Shown here one piece after another: positions 46,627 through 56,927 of a DNA stretch of 64,000 bases. The notes below the pieces were generated by a model, which was not told the DNA's origin, ran no database searches, and saw nothing but the letters and a program-made list of their open reading frames with translations. Position 1 is the stretch's first letter, and every line of letters begins with the position of its first letter. The DNA is from an uncultured Clostridia bacterium (GTDB lineage: Bacteria; Bacillota; Clostridia; Christensenellales; UBA1242): contig CAKVMH010000002.1 in assembly GCA_934772045.1 (NCBI GenBank), positions 91,062 to 155,061 of the forward strand, given 5' to 3'. The position numbers were made by a program, and so were the translations under genes.

Positions 46627-46824
46627 GTTGCGTTTAACAATAAATGAACTGCATGGCAGGGGTGAAGGAATTAGTTTATTAAAATAAAAGAGCCGACAAT
46701 AATGAATGCAACATTTAATCATTACAAATCAATTGAGTAAAACTTTGTAAAGTTAAATTTTTTTATATTGACGCACATTGTCACACCACTTGCTAAATTT
46801 TAAAATTTAAGGTAAAATAAACAT

Positions 46825-47940
46825 ATGGAAAATATAAGGAAAGTTTTATTAGAAAATGAACAATCAATTCGTAAAATCATCTTAAGTGACACAACAAACG
46901 AAATTAAAAAACAAATCATACGCCCAATCGTTGTTAAAAGCGCCAACAAATGGCAGATTGAAAGGTACAAAGGGGCACAAGTGTTTCATGAAAATGTTTC
47001 GTTTGATGAAGTAATCAATTTAAATTTTGCACCATACAAGCAAATTACAATTGAATGTGTTGGTAAGACTTTTGTTTTTTCACGCACGAAAACGAGTTAT
47101 AAAATGAAAGAAACTTCAAACAGCATAAAAGAAATAGATAATACCCACAACAAGCAAAAGCAATATTTTATAAATGAGGGCGACGATGTGCCAGCATTGG
47201 TCGATTTAGGCATTTTTACGCGTGACGGCAAGATTGTGGCTTCCATGTACGATAAATTTAAGCAAATCAACAAGTTTATTGAAATTATCGACGACACGCT
47301 TAAAACTTATAATAGACATGAAATAACTGTGCTAGATTTTGGCTGTGGCAAAAGTTATTTGACATTTTTGGTGTATTACTATTTTGTTAAATTACGCAAC
47401 ATTAAAGCAAAAATTATAGGTTACGATTTAAAAAAAGATGTGGTTGAGCATTGTAACCAAATTGCTTCTAAATACGGTTACGACGGCTTGGAATTTGTTG
47501 TCAGCGATGTAAAAAAAGATGCACTTTTTAAAGGTAAAATTGACATGGTTATAAGCCTTCACGCTTGTGACACAGCAACAGATTATGCACTTAATTTTGC
47601 AATAAATAATGGCGTTAAGCACATTTTTAGTGTGCCATGTTGCCAGCATGAAATCAATTTGAGCATAAAAAAGGCGGGTGACTTTGACATTCTTTTAAAA
47701 GACGGCTTAATAAAAGAACGCTTTTCCGCACTTTTAACTGACGCAATCCGCACCGAAATTTTGCGCGCCAAGGGTTACTCGGTGGACGTTATTGAGTTTG
47801 TCGACTTTGCACATTCACCTAAAAACATAATGCTAAGGGCAACAAAAAATTCTACGCAAAAATCGGTTGGAAAATTATTAGATTTAAAGCAAAAATACAA
47901 CTTTAAACAAACACTTTTGGAACTTCAAACATCAAAATAA
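46825..47940 (+). CDS. Class I SAM-dependent methyltransferase
   Basis: VLDFGCGKSYLTF (motif I) and ISLHACDTATD. Confidence 0.75.
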   Translation: MENIRKVLLENEQSIRKIILSDTTNEIKKQIIRPIVVKSANKWQIERYKGAQVFHENVSFDEVINLNFAPYKQITIECVGKTFVFSRTKTSYKMKETSNSIKEIDNTHNKQKQYFINEGDDVPALVDLGIFTRDGKIVASMYDKFKQINKFIEIIDDTLKTYNRHEITVLDFGCGKSYLTFLVYYYFVKLRNIKAKIIGYDLKKDVVEHCNQIASKYGYDGLEFVVSDVKKDALFKGKIDMVISLHACDTATDYALNFAINNGVKHIFSVPCCQHEINLSIKKAGDFDILLKDGLIKERFSALLTDAIRTEILRAKGYSVDVIEFVDFAHSPKNIMLRATKNSTQKSVGKLLDLKQKYNFKQTLLELQTSK

Positions 47941-48101
47941 GTTCAGTTTTAATAAATTTTAAAGCGAATTTTAAATTTTAATAGCAACACTTTACAAAAG
48001 TAAAACTAATTAAACAAAATTTGTTTTACTTTTTTTAAAAAACAATGTAAAATTAAACTATATAGTTTAACAAATCTATTTTACAACAAAAAGGAAAGAG
48101 T

Positions 48102-49103
48102 ATGAAAATTGTAGTTGACGCTTTTGGTGGGGATTACGCACCTTATGAAATTGTTGCTGGTACAGTTAAAGCCTTGCAAGCGAACCAGGACCTTTCATGC
48201 GTTTTGGTGGGCGATAAGGACAGGATAACTGAAATTTTGCAAGAATTGGTTTTTGCAAGCGATAGGTTAGAAATTGTGCACGCACCAGATGTTGTTACAA
48301 ACGACGACGTGCCAACCACTGCGATTAGGACTAAAAAAACATCAAGCATTGTTGTTGCGTACGATTATTTGAAAACAAATGAAGATGCAGTTGCATTGGT
48401 GAGTGCAGGTAGCACGGGCGCAACACTTACAGGCGCAGTTTTAAAGTTAGGGCGCATTCCAAACATTTCACGCCCAGCCTTAGCACCACTTTTGCCAACC
48501 ATTAACGACAATAAAGTCATGTTAGTGGACTGCGGTGCAAATGCCGATTGTAAGCCAGAAAATTTACTCGATTTTGCCATTATGGGCGACATCTATATGC
48601 GCGCACAAGGTATAAAAGAGCCACGCATAGGCTTACTGAACATAGGTACAGAAGAAGAAAAAGGTGATGAACTCCACAAACAAGCGCATCAGCTTTTGAA
48701 AAAGGCAAAATTAAACTTTGTTGGCAACATCGAAGCACGCGATGTGTTGCGCGGTAATGTTGATGTTGTTGTGTGTGACGGTTTCTCTGGTAACATTTGC
48801 TTAAAATCGATGGAAGGCATTGCTGAAATGCTGTTTGCTGAAATTAAGGACACTGTTAAATCATCATTCAAAGCAAAAATCGGCGCATTGTTCTTAAAAA
48901 GCAGTTTGAAAGGCATTAAAAATAAATATGATTACACGAAATGTGGTGGCGCACCATTGTTGGGTGTCAATAAAATCGTGCTCAAATGCCATGGCAATAG
49001 TAAAGCACCGATTGTTGCAGACACAATCAACCAAGCATATGAATTGGCAAAAAACCAACTAATTGAAAAGGTAAAGAAAGCAGTTGAAAAAGACGAAAAA
49101 TAG
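48102..49103 (+). CDS. plsX: Phosphate acyltransferase PlsX
   Basis: MKIVVDAFGGDYAP, SAGSTGA, GNIEARD. Confidence 0.95.
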   Translation: MKIVVDAFGGDYAPYEIVAGTVKALQANQDLSCVLVGDKDRITEILQELVFASDRLEIVHAPDVVTNDDVPTTAIRTKKTSSIVVAYDYLKTNEDAVALVSAGSTGATLTGAVLKLGRIPNISRPALAPLLPTINDNKVMLVDCGANADCKPENLLDFAIMGDIYMRAQGIKEPRIGLLNIGTEEEKGDELHKQAHQLLKKAKLNFVGNIEARDVLRGNVDVVVCDGFSGNICLKSMEGIAEMLFAEIKDTVKSSFKAKIGALFLKSSLKGIKNKYDYTKCGGAPLLGVNKIVLKCHGNSKAPIVADTINQAYELAKNQLIEKVKKAVEKDEK

Positions 49104-49758
49104 TTTTATTGAATTATTTGAAAAGTGTAGTGAAGACCTTAAAACCTTAGCCTTCACTCATTCTTCATATGCACATGACCACGGCACACAGTGTAATGAA
49201 AGGGTGGAGTTTTTGGGCGACAGTGTTCTGTCCACAATCGTTAGCGATTATTTGTATAAGCACTATTACTATGTTGAAGGTAAAATGAGTAAAATTCGCG
49301 CTAACTTCGTGTGTACGGAGAATTTAAGTACACTGGCAAAAGAACTTCAAATTGAAAACCGCATTTTAACAGGCAAAAGTTTTAAAGCAAGTTCACTTTC
49401 AAACGCAGTTTTGGCGGACACAATTGAAAGCATGATAGGTGTAATGTACTTAACATACGGCATGCCATCAATTGCAAACGCAGTTATTGAAGCGTTGAAG
49501 ATAAAGGAACAAATCAGTGCAGGGTTAAAAAGTAAAGATTATAAAAGTGAACTTCAAATTTTCGCACAAGATAAGCAATTAAAGGTAAAATACACTGCGG
49601 AAACATACATTACAAAAGGTGGGCAAACAAATTTCCGTGCAAGCGTGTTTGTGAATGATGAATTTGTGGCATACGGTCAAGGTTCAACAAAGCGTGAAGC
49701 CGAGCAGAACTCAGCACACCTTGCACTTACAAAATTAAATAAACAAATAGGGAAATAA
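49084..49758 (+). CDS. rnc: Ribonuclease III
   Basis: ERVEFLGDSVL signature and a C-terminal dsRBD (GSTKREAEQNSA). The TTG start overlapping plsX is uncertain. Confidence 0.88.
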   Translation: MKKTKNSFIELFEKCSEDLKTLAFTHSSYAHDHGTQCNERVEFLGDSVLSTIVSDYLYKHYYYVEGKMSKIRANFVCTENLSTLAKELQIENRILTGKSFKASSLSNAVLADTIESMIGVMYLTYGMPSIANAVIEALKIKEQISAGLKSKDYKSELQIFAQDKQLKVKYTAETYITKGGQTNFRASVFVNDEFVAYGQGSTKREAEQNSAHLALTKLNKQIGK

Positions 49759-49909
49759 ACAAATAATTTGCATAAATTAAAATTAAGTGTTATAATTATC
49801 CTTGAAAAAGTTGTGTTAACAGATATGTTACAATGAAAACATGTGTTGATGTAGGCGATTGTGTTATTATTTACCGCACCTGCACACACTATTATACATG
49901 GAGAGAAAA

Positions 49910-50446
49910 ATGTTAGATAAAGTTTTATTCGAGCCAATTTTGGATAAAGATGAAGAAATTGTTAAGATGTACGCACCAGATAAAAGGCGTGCGTGGTTTG
50001 GCACTATTGTTTGGGTTGTGTTTGCAATGCTTTGTTTTGTGCCAAGTGCTGTTTTGGCATTTCTTGCAGGTAAAGATGCATTAGCTTCAGCAATTTTGCT
50101 TACAGTTTTTGCAGTTTTTTGCCTTGTTGTGCCAATTGTTATGATAGCCTTATGGTGTAATAAAACAGTTTACGCAGTTACTAATAAACGCATTTTAATT
50201 CGCACTGGCTACATCGGTGTTGACTATAAAAGTTTAGATTATAATATGCTTGGTGCCATCACTGTTAATGTTAATGTTTGGGATAAAATCCTTCGCAGGA
50301 ACACAGGTACAATATCATTCGGTGGTATGTCAAGCCCATTAACTACACAAGGTGTTGCTAAATTTGTGTTCGTATTTGTTAACAAACCATATGAAACAAA
50401 CAAGGAAATTAAAGCAATAATTGATGAAAATCGCACAAATAAGTAG
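49910..50446 (+). CDS. Membrane protein with bacterial PH (bPH_2/YdbS-like) domain
   Basis: Two TM segments, then YAVTNKRILIRTG. ATG 49910 follows GGAGAG. Track start 49859 is unlikely. Confidence 0.65.
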   Translation: MLDKVLFEPILDKDEEIVKMYAPDKRRAWFGTIVWVVFAMLCFVPSAVLAFLAGKDALASAILLTVFAVFCLVVPIVMIALWCNKTVYAVTNKRILIRTGYIGVDYKSLDYNMLGAITVNVNVWDKILRRNTGTISFGGMSSPLTTQGVAKFVFVFVNKPYETNKEIKAIIDENRTNK

Positions 50447-50580
50447 AAGTAAAAAAATGCAAAATTCATCAAAAATAAATTAAAATTTAAAAATATTGCT
50501 TAAAAGTTAGTTAAGTGTTTGAAAAATGTTTGCCAAAATTAAAATTTTGTGCTAAAAGGTAATATATTAAAGGAGAAAGT

Positions 50581-50778
50581 ATGTTATTTGAACCACCAAT
50601 TGATTTATTAGTTGAAAAAGTTGGTTGCAGGTACATGGTTGCAGTTATTGTTGGCGCCCGTGCTAAGGATTTGGAAAATAAGATTCCAACCTTATTAAAC
50701 GGCAGTTCAAACCTTGCAATTGATTATGCAGCAAAAGAAATTGCACGCGGGGAAGTTGTGGGGGTTAAATCTAACTAA
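50581..50778 (+). CDS. rpoZ: DNA-directed RNA polymerase subunit omega
   Basis: MLFEPPIDLLVEKVGCRYMVAVIVGARAKDL. 65 aa. Confidence 0.85.
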   Translation: MLFEPPIDLLVEKVGCRYMVAVIVGARAKDLENKIPTLLNGSSNLAIDYAAKEIARGEVVGVKSN

Positions 50779-50783
50779 TTTTT

Positions 50784-52961
50784 ATGATAGCAAGAGTGAT
50801 TGTTGACATACCCAATGACGCTGTTGACCGAGTTTTTGATTATATTGCGTTATCAAACACGCAAATTGGCACGCGGGTTAAAGTCCCTTTCGCTGGCAGG
50901 GTGGTTTTGGGCTATGTTATACAATTGACTGAGCAATCAGATGTTGAACCTAGCAAATTAAAAACAATCGTAAAAAATTTGGAACAAACACCAAAATTAA
51001 AGCCAGAGATATTAAATTTATGCCAATTTATGTCTCGGCACTTTTTTTTGCGTTTAAGCGACTGTATTCGCCTTGCATTGCCTTCATGTGTTAGGCAAGA
51101 TAGTGCGCATGAACAGTACGATTATGACCTATCTTTAATTTACGACATTGACACAGCCTTAAATATCATCGGCAAGCGTGCCAAAAATCAACTGGCGTTG
51201 GTTGCTAGCCTTAATGAAAATGGCACAATTAGTTTTAGTAAAGCGGTTGAATTGTATGGCAGGGTTAGCGTTAACACTTTAATTGAAAAAGGCATAGTTT
51301 TAAAAACACCTATTAGGAAAATGCGCACTCCGCAGGTTGATAAAATTCAGGAAGTTAAAAATGTCCTAACACCTGCTCAACTTGACGCAGTTAACACAAT
51401 GTCTGGGCAAGACAAAACATTTTTGCTTAAAGGCGTTACAGGCAGTGGCAAAACAGAAGTGTATATGACAATCATTGAACAGGCACTTTCACAAGGCAAA
51501 ACTGCCATTATGCTTGTGCCTGAAATTTCATTGACACCGCAAATGATGCAACGCTTTAATTCTCGTTTTCCAAACGATATTGCCGTGTTACATAGTAGAT
51601 TAAGCGAAGGCGAACGCTTTGATGAATGGGAAAAGATTTTTACGCATAAAGCACATGTGGTGCTGGGTGCAAGGTCGGCAATATTTGCGCCGATTGAAAA
51701 TTTGGGTGTGATTGTAATTGATGAGGAGCATGACAGTTCTTATGTAAGTGAAAACAATCCGCGCTATGACGCCCACACAGTTGCCGAATTTAGGGCAAGG
51801 GCAAACAAATGTCCGCTTATTTTAGGCAGTGCAACACCGTCGCTTGAAAGTTACCACAATGCAAAAACTGGTGTTTATCAGTTGGTTGAATTAAAGCAAC
51901 GTGTAAACGGCAGTGTGATGCCAGACATTGAAATTGTGGACATGACAAACGAAGTTATGGACGGCAACATGACGCCGTTTTCAAAAAGCCTTGTTGCAAA
52001 ACTTGACAAATGTGTTAAGGATAAAAAACAGGCAATTTTGTTTATAAATAGGCGCGGTTTTGCGTCGTTCGTCATGTGTCGTGAATGTGGTTATCGCGCA
52101 AAATGTGACGATTGCGAAGTTAGCCTTGTTTACCATAAAGAAGATAATCAATTAAAATGTCATTTTTGTGGCAAAAAATACCGCATGCTCACAAACTGCC
52201 CAAATTGTAACAGCGTAAATATTCGCTATGGGGCAACTGGCACTGAGCGCGTTTGCGAAGAGTTAACTAACATGTTTAAAGATGTGCCGGTATTTAGAAT
52301 GGACAACGACACAACGCGTGGCAAGGACGGACATAAAAAAATCCTTACCGAATTTTCGTGCACATCGCCAAGCATTTTGGTTGGCACTCAAATGATTGCA
52401 AAAGGGCACGATTATCCGCTTGTTTCTGTTGTTGGTATTTTAGATGCAGATGTAAGCTTATATAACAGCGATTATAAGTCAAACGAACGCACTTTCCAAC
52501 TTGTCACTCAGGTTGCAGGCAGGGCAGGGCGTAAAAATGCCGACGGTCATGTTGTGCTTCAAACATATGCCCCAAAACATTATGTATACCGCTTTGCACA
52601 AGCCTATGATTACGAAGGCTTTTATGATAAGGAAATTAATGTGCGTCAAACCACAATGTTTCCGCCTTTCAGCACAATTTTGCGCATTTTGGTTAGTTCT
52701 GTGAGTGATGAACGCGCAAAAGAAGTTACCAAAAAAATCTACGACAATTGCCTTACAATCAAGGCAAACCACCCAAAGCAGGTGTTATTTTTGCAAGCAA
52801 TGCCTTCACCTGTTAAAAAAATACAAACAAAATTTAGGTATCAAATATTGACTAGATACCTGCCAAGTGATACAATTACAACAGAATTTTATTCAGCAAG
52901 TGACTTAATTGAAAAAGATGTAAGCATTTTTGTTGAAACAAATCCTAACAATATGAGGTGA
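50784..52961 (+). CDS. priA: Primosomal protein N' (PriA helicase)
   Basis: GVTGSGKTEVY, DEEHD and the Cys-rich zinc insertion CRECGYRAKCDDCEVSLVYH...CHFCG...CPNC. Confidence 0.95.
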   Translation: MIARVIVDIPNDAVDRVFDYIALSNTQIGTRVKVPFAGRVVLGYVIQLTEQSDVEPSKLKTIVKNLEQTPKLKPEILNLCQFMSRHFFLRLSDCIRLALPSCVRQDSAHEQYDYDLSLIYDIDTALNIIGKRAKNQLALVASLNENGTISFSKAVELYGRVSVNTLIEKGIVLKTPIRKMRTPQVDKIQEVKNVLTPAQLDAVNTMSGQDKTFLLKGVTGSGKTEVYMTIIEQALSQGKTAIMLVPEISLTPQMMQRFNSRFPNDIAVLHSRLSEGERFDEWEKIFTHKAHVVLGARSAIFAPIENLGVIVIDEEHDSSYVSENNPRYDAHTVAEFRARANKCPLILGSATPSLESYHNAKTGVYQLVELKQRVNGSVMPDIEIVDMTNEVMDGNMTPFSKSLVAKLDKCVKDKKQAILFINRRGFASFVMCRECGYRAKCDDCEVSLVYHKEDNQLKCHFCGKKYRMLTNCPNCNSVNIRYGATGTERVCEELTNMFKDVPVFRMDNDTTRGKDGHKKILTEFSCTSPSILVGTQMIAKGHDYPLVSVVGILDADVSLYNSDYKSNERTFQLVTQVAGRAGRKNADGHVVLQTYAPKHYVYRFAQAYDYEGFYDKEINVRQTTMFPPFSTILRILVSSVSDERAKEVTKKIYDNCLTIKANHPKQVLFLQAMPSPVKKIQTKFRYQILTRYLPSDTITTEFYSASDLIEKDVSIFVETNPNNMR

Positions 52962-52966
52962 TATTT

Positions 52967-53443
52967 ATGGCAATTAGGGAAATTGTTCAGCATACTGACA
53001 GTTTTATCCGCAAAAAAAGCAAACCAGTAAAAGTTTTTGACGATAAACTTTGGGAATTGCTTGACGATATGCGTGAAACTGTCAATTTTCAACATGGCTC
53101 AGGTTTAAGTGCGGTTCAAGTAGGCGTGCTTAAACGCGTTTTTGTTGTTTGCATTAATGAAGTGTATATGGAGTTTGTTAACCCTGAAATCATTGCAACA
53201 TCAGGCAAACAAGTTCATAAAGAAGGTTGTTTAAGTGTTAAACTTCCTTTCAATTATGTGGAACGCCCACAAACGGTGACAGTGCGTGCTTATGACCGTT
53301 ATGGCAACAAATTCACATTCACATGCGAAGGGTGGACAGCAGTTTGTGTCAGCCACGAAAACGACCATTTGGACGGCGTGCTTTATATAGACAAAATTTT
53401 CACACCACCAAAAGATTTTGTTGATGAGGACGAAGAAGAATAA
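52967..53443 (+). CDS. def: Peptide deformylase
   Basis: GSGLSAVQVG, EGCLS, HENDHLDG. ATG 52967 follows GAGGTG. Confidence 0.93.
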   Translation: MAIREIVQHTDSFIRKKSKPVKVFDDKLWELLDDMRETVNFQHGSGLSAVQVGVLKRVFVVCINEVYMEFVNPEIIATSGKQVHKEGCLSVKLPFNYVERPQTVTVRAYDRYGNKFTFTCEGWTAVCVSHENDHLDGVLYIDKIFTPPKDFVDEDEEE

Positions 53444-54357
53444 TGAAAATAGTGTTTTTTGGAACAGGCGAATTCAGCGTTGACATATTAAAAAGTTTAA
53501 TCGACAACAACCAAAACGTTGTTGCGGTTGTTTCGCAACCAGATAAAGTTAACGGCAGGAACAATAAGGTTGAATTTTCACCTATTAAGCAATTTTGCTT
53601 AAAAAATGGGCTGAAATTGTTTCAGTTTGCAAAGTTAAATTTGGAAGGTGAACAACCTTTAAAAGATTTGGATGCTGATGTTTTTATTACTGCAAGCTAT
53701 GGGCAAATTATCAGGCAAAATATTTTAAATTTACCACGCTTTGGCATTTTTAATGTGCATGCAAGTCTGCTTCCAAAATACCGCGGTTCATCACCAATTC
53801 AGTGGGCAATAATGAATGGTGAAACCGAAACAGGTGTAACCATAATGAAAACTGAATTAGGGCTTGATTGTGGAGATATGTACCTACAAAAGAAAATTGA
53901 CATTTTAGAAACCGACACATCATCTAGTGTATTTAAAAAACTTGCAACACTAGGTGGTGAGTGTTTAAATGAATTTTTAAATAACTTTGATTATTACTTG
54001 AAGCACGCAGAAAAGCAAGATGAAACAAAGATGTCTTACTATCCTATGATTAAAAAAGAAGACTATTTATTAAACTTCAATTCCGCCACAAAATCAATTG
54101 TAAACAAAATTCGCGCTTTGGGAAATTGCTATTTTATCTACAAAGGCATGCGTTTCAAAGTTATTGAAGCAAAGCTTGCTTGCGGTAAAGGGGAACCTGG
54201 CACAATTTTAAGTTGTAATGCAAAATCTGGCTTAATTATAGCCACAAATGATGGGGCGGTTGAAATTGTAACCATTCAGCCAGAAGGGAAAGCTAAAATG
54301 CCAGCAAAGGCATATATGAACGCCAACAAATTTGTTTTGGCAGATGTTATTAAATAA
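53443..54357 (+). CDS. fmt: Methionyl-tRNA formyltransferase
   Basis: MKIVFFGTGEFS, NVHASLLPKYRGSSPIQWAI. Confidence 0.95.
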   Translation: MKIVFFGTGEFSVDILKSLIDNNQNVVAVVSQPDKVNGRNNKVEFSPIKQFCLKNGLKLFQFAKLNLEGEQPLKDLDADVFITASYGQIIRQNILNLPRFGIFNVHASLLPKYRGSSPIQWAIMNGETETGVTIMKTELGLDCGDMYLQKKIDILETDTSSSVFKKLATLGGECLNEFLNNFDYYLKHAEKQDETKMSYYPMIKKEDYLLNFNSATKSIVNKIRALGNCYFIYKGMRFKVIEAKLACGKGEPGTILSCNAKSGLIIATNDGAVEIVTIQPEGKAKMPAKAYMNANKFVLADVIK

Positions 54358-54366
54358 CAACTCAAT

Positions 54367-55386
54367 ATGAAAATTTTAAGTGATTTAAACTTAACTGAAT
54401 TAAAGCAAGAGTTGGCAGATTTACCTTCCTTTCGTGCCAAACAAATTTTTGATGCTATTTTGCAAGCCAAAGACTACGACTCAATTAATTTTAGTGCAGA
54501 TTTAAAGAAAATTTTACAACAAAATTACATTTTAAAACCAGTTCAAATACACAAGGTTTTTACAAGCCGTGACGGCACAAAAAAGTACCTTTTAAAATTG
54601 CACGACAACAACCTTGTTGAAAGCGTGTTTTTAAAGCAAAACTATGGCAACACAATATGTTTGTCAACGCAGGTTGGGTGCAGAATGGGGTGCAAATTTT
54701 GCGCTTCAACATTGAATGGGTTAATACGCAATTTGTCGGCTGGGGAAATGCTTTCAATTATCGCAACATTAAATGCAGACAACGGCAAATGCACTGAACG
54801 CAATTTTTCAAACATAGTGCTTATGGGCAGTGGTGAACCTTTGGACAACTTTGAAAACGTTGTTAAATGGTTAAATTTAATTACCGACCCAAATGGTTTT
54901 AATGTTAGCGAGCGCAACATTTCACTTTCAACATGTGGTTTGGTTGATAGAATTTATGACCTTGCAAAATTGAATTATAACATAACACTTTGCATTTCAT
55001 TGCATGCAACAGACGATGAAACACGCAAAACAATTATGCCAATTGCAAACCGTTATACAATTGCGGAAATAATAAAAGCGGTTAAGGCATATGTAAATGA
55101 AAACAATAGGCGCGTTGTGTTTGAATATTGCTTAATTGACGGCGTAAACAACCGCGAAAAGGACATTTTGGCGCTTAAAAATTTAACGCACGGGTTCAAA
55201 AGCCATGTCAATGTAATTTGCCTTAATCCTAATGGTGGAAGCCTTAAAGCCACCACTCGCCAACAAGCACTTGATTTTGTTGCACGCTTAAATTCAGAAG
55301 GTGTCAGCGCAACATTGCGCAGAAGCCAAGGTGACGACATTGCTGGGGCTTGTGGCATGTTACGCGCCAAACATTTGAATGACTAA
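54367..55386 (+). CDS. rlmN: 23S rRNA/tRNA (adenine-C2)-methyltransferase, radical SAM
   Basis: CRMGCKFCAS cluster, MGSGEPLDN, GACGML. Confidence 0.93.
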   Translation: MKILSDLNLTELKQELADLPSFRAKQIFDAILQAKDYDSINFSADLKKILQQNYILKPVQIHKVFTSRDGTKKYLLKLHDNNLVESVFLKQNYGNTICLSTQVGCRMGCKFCASTLNGLIRNLSAGEMLSIIATLNADNGKCTERNFSNIVLMGSGEPLDNFENVVKWLNLITDPNGFNVSERNISLSTCGLVDRIYDLAKLNYNITLCISLHATDDETRKTIMPIANRYTIAEIIKAVKAYVNENNRRVVFEYCLIDGVNNREKDILALKNLTHGFKSHVNVICLNPNGGSLKATTRQQALDFVARLNSEGVSATLRRSQGDDIAGACGMLRAKHLND

Positions 55387-55564
55387 AATTTTACAAATTA
55401 AAAAAATTGAAACAACCAAAACAAACAAATTAAAAAAGCACAAATTTAACTTTTAAAACTTACAAGTCTTCGGCACAAATAAGGGTAATAGTTTTAAAAA
55501 TGCTAGATTAATTGGTTTGTTTTTTTTTAATTTTGTGTTAAAATAATAGCATTAGGAGTAAAAA

Positions 55565-56221
55565 GTGAAAAAGATTGTTATTTCAGCATCAAGTTTGCCT
55601 GCTGGCAGGAATATGTCCAGCCAAATTGAGTATTTGGAGCGCGTTACTAATTATGGTGCTGATATGTATCATTTTGATGTTATGGACGGCGTTTTTGTTA
55701 AGCATAAATCGGTTGATTATGCTTATCTTGAACAGTTGCAGGAGCGTTCCACAATGCTTTTTGACTGCCACTTAATGGTTCAAAATCCTATGAAAGTGGT
55801 TGATAAATACATAAAAGCAGGCGCACACATCATAACTTTTCATCAAGAAACATTAGATGAGGACCGCACACATAAACTTATAAAACACATCAAAAAGCAC
55901 GGTGTTATGGCAGGTTTGGCAATTGACCTTGACACAGATATTAGCAAAGTTGACCCATTTTTAAACGAACTTGATTTGGTGCTTATAATGTCGGTTAAAG
56001 CGGGCAAGGGTGGGCAAGAATTTCAAAAACAAGCCCTTGAAAAGGTTAAATACGTCCGCGCTAAAAATGAAAATGTGCTGATTGAAATTGACGGTGGCAT
56101 AAATGACAAAACTGCGCCATCGGCAGTGCGTGCAGGCGTGGATATTTTGGTTAGTGGCAATTATATATACAATAACGACACTTTTGAAGCAATACAAAAA
56201 TTAAAAGGTAAAAATGGATAA
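55565..56221 (+). CDS. rpe: Ribulose-phosphate 3-epimerase
   Basis: HFDVMDGVFV, CHLMV, MSVKAGKGGQEF, DGGIN. GTG start after GGAG. Confidence 0.9.
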   Translation: MKKIVISASSLPAGRNMSSQIEYLERVTNYGADMYHFDVMDGVFVKHKSVDYAYLEQLQERSTMLFDCHLMVQNPMKVVDKYIKAGAHIITFHQETLDEDRTHKLIKHIKKHGVMAGLAIDLDTDISKVDPFLNELDLVLIMSVKAGKGGQEFQKQALEKVKYVRAKNENVLIEIDGGINDKTAPSAVRAGVDILVSGNYIYNNDTFEAIQKLKGKNG

Positions 56222-56927
56222 TAGGTTTTATTTTCAAAATCCAGTTGGTGCAGGAAGGGAATTAAATGTTCCCTTTTCTTTGTGTTTAACAGGGCAAGAA
56301 GCCCAGCACTTAATAAAGGTGCGCAGGGCAAAAGTGGGCGACAAAATCGTGGCATTTAACGGCGATGGCTTTGACTATCGTTTTGAAGTGAATGAAATTT
56401 TAAAAGATAAGGTCAATTTAACCCTTATTTCAAAAGCGGTGAACCCATCAAGCAAAAGCCCTAAAATCACAGTATATCTGGCGATGATTAAAAACGAAGC
56501 TTTGGTTGAAGCAATCGACCATTTGGCAGAGTTGAATGTGAAATCTGTCAAACTTTTTAAAGCGGACTATTCAGTTGCAAATTTCGACAACAAAAAACTT
56601 GAAAAACTCACACAAACAGCAATTCAAGCAAGCAAACAAAGTGAACGTGCAGATGTAATGCAAATTGAAATTATCAACAAAAATCAAATTAAATTAAACG
56701 CGCCACAAAACACCTTTTTTGCCTATGAAAATTCAACAGGCAAAATCGGCGAATTTGCAGGCGAATTTGCTTTGATTATTGGGCCAGAAGGTGGGTTTTC
56801 ACAAGAAGAAGTTAATTATTTTTCAACTTTTTCCAAAAATATAAGTTTAGGCAACACCATTTTGCGTGCAGAAGTGGCATGCGTTGCAGGTGTTAGCATG
56901 TTAAAGGTGGTGAACAATGCGCGCTAG
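56214..56927 (+). CDS. rsmE: 16S rRNA (uracil1498-N3)-methyltransferase
   Basis: HLIKVRRAKVGD (PUA-like) and LIIGPEGGFSQEE SPOUT knot. Confidence 0.88.
   Translation: MDNRFYFQNPVGAGRELNVPFSLCLTGQEAQHLIKVRRAKVGDKIVAFNGDGFDYRFEVNEILKDKVNLTLISKAVNPSSKSPKITVYLAMIKNEALVEAIDHLAELNVKSVKLFKADYSVANFDNKKLEKLTQTAIQASKQSERADVMQIEIINKNQIKLNAPQNTFFAYENSTGKIGEFAGEFALIIGPEGGFSQEEVNYFSTFSKNISLGNTILRAEVACVAGVSMLKVVNNAR

Noticed and set aside
55395-55535. Possible long degenerate member of the stop-adjacent hairpin family (ACAAACAAATTAA ... TTAATTGGTTTGT separated by about 85 nt)
   Set aside because: Only the outer arms resemble the family. The loop core is absent and the arms are low-complexity A/T, so similarity may be chance.
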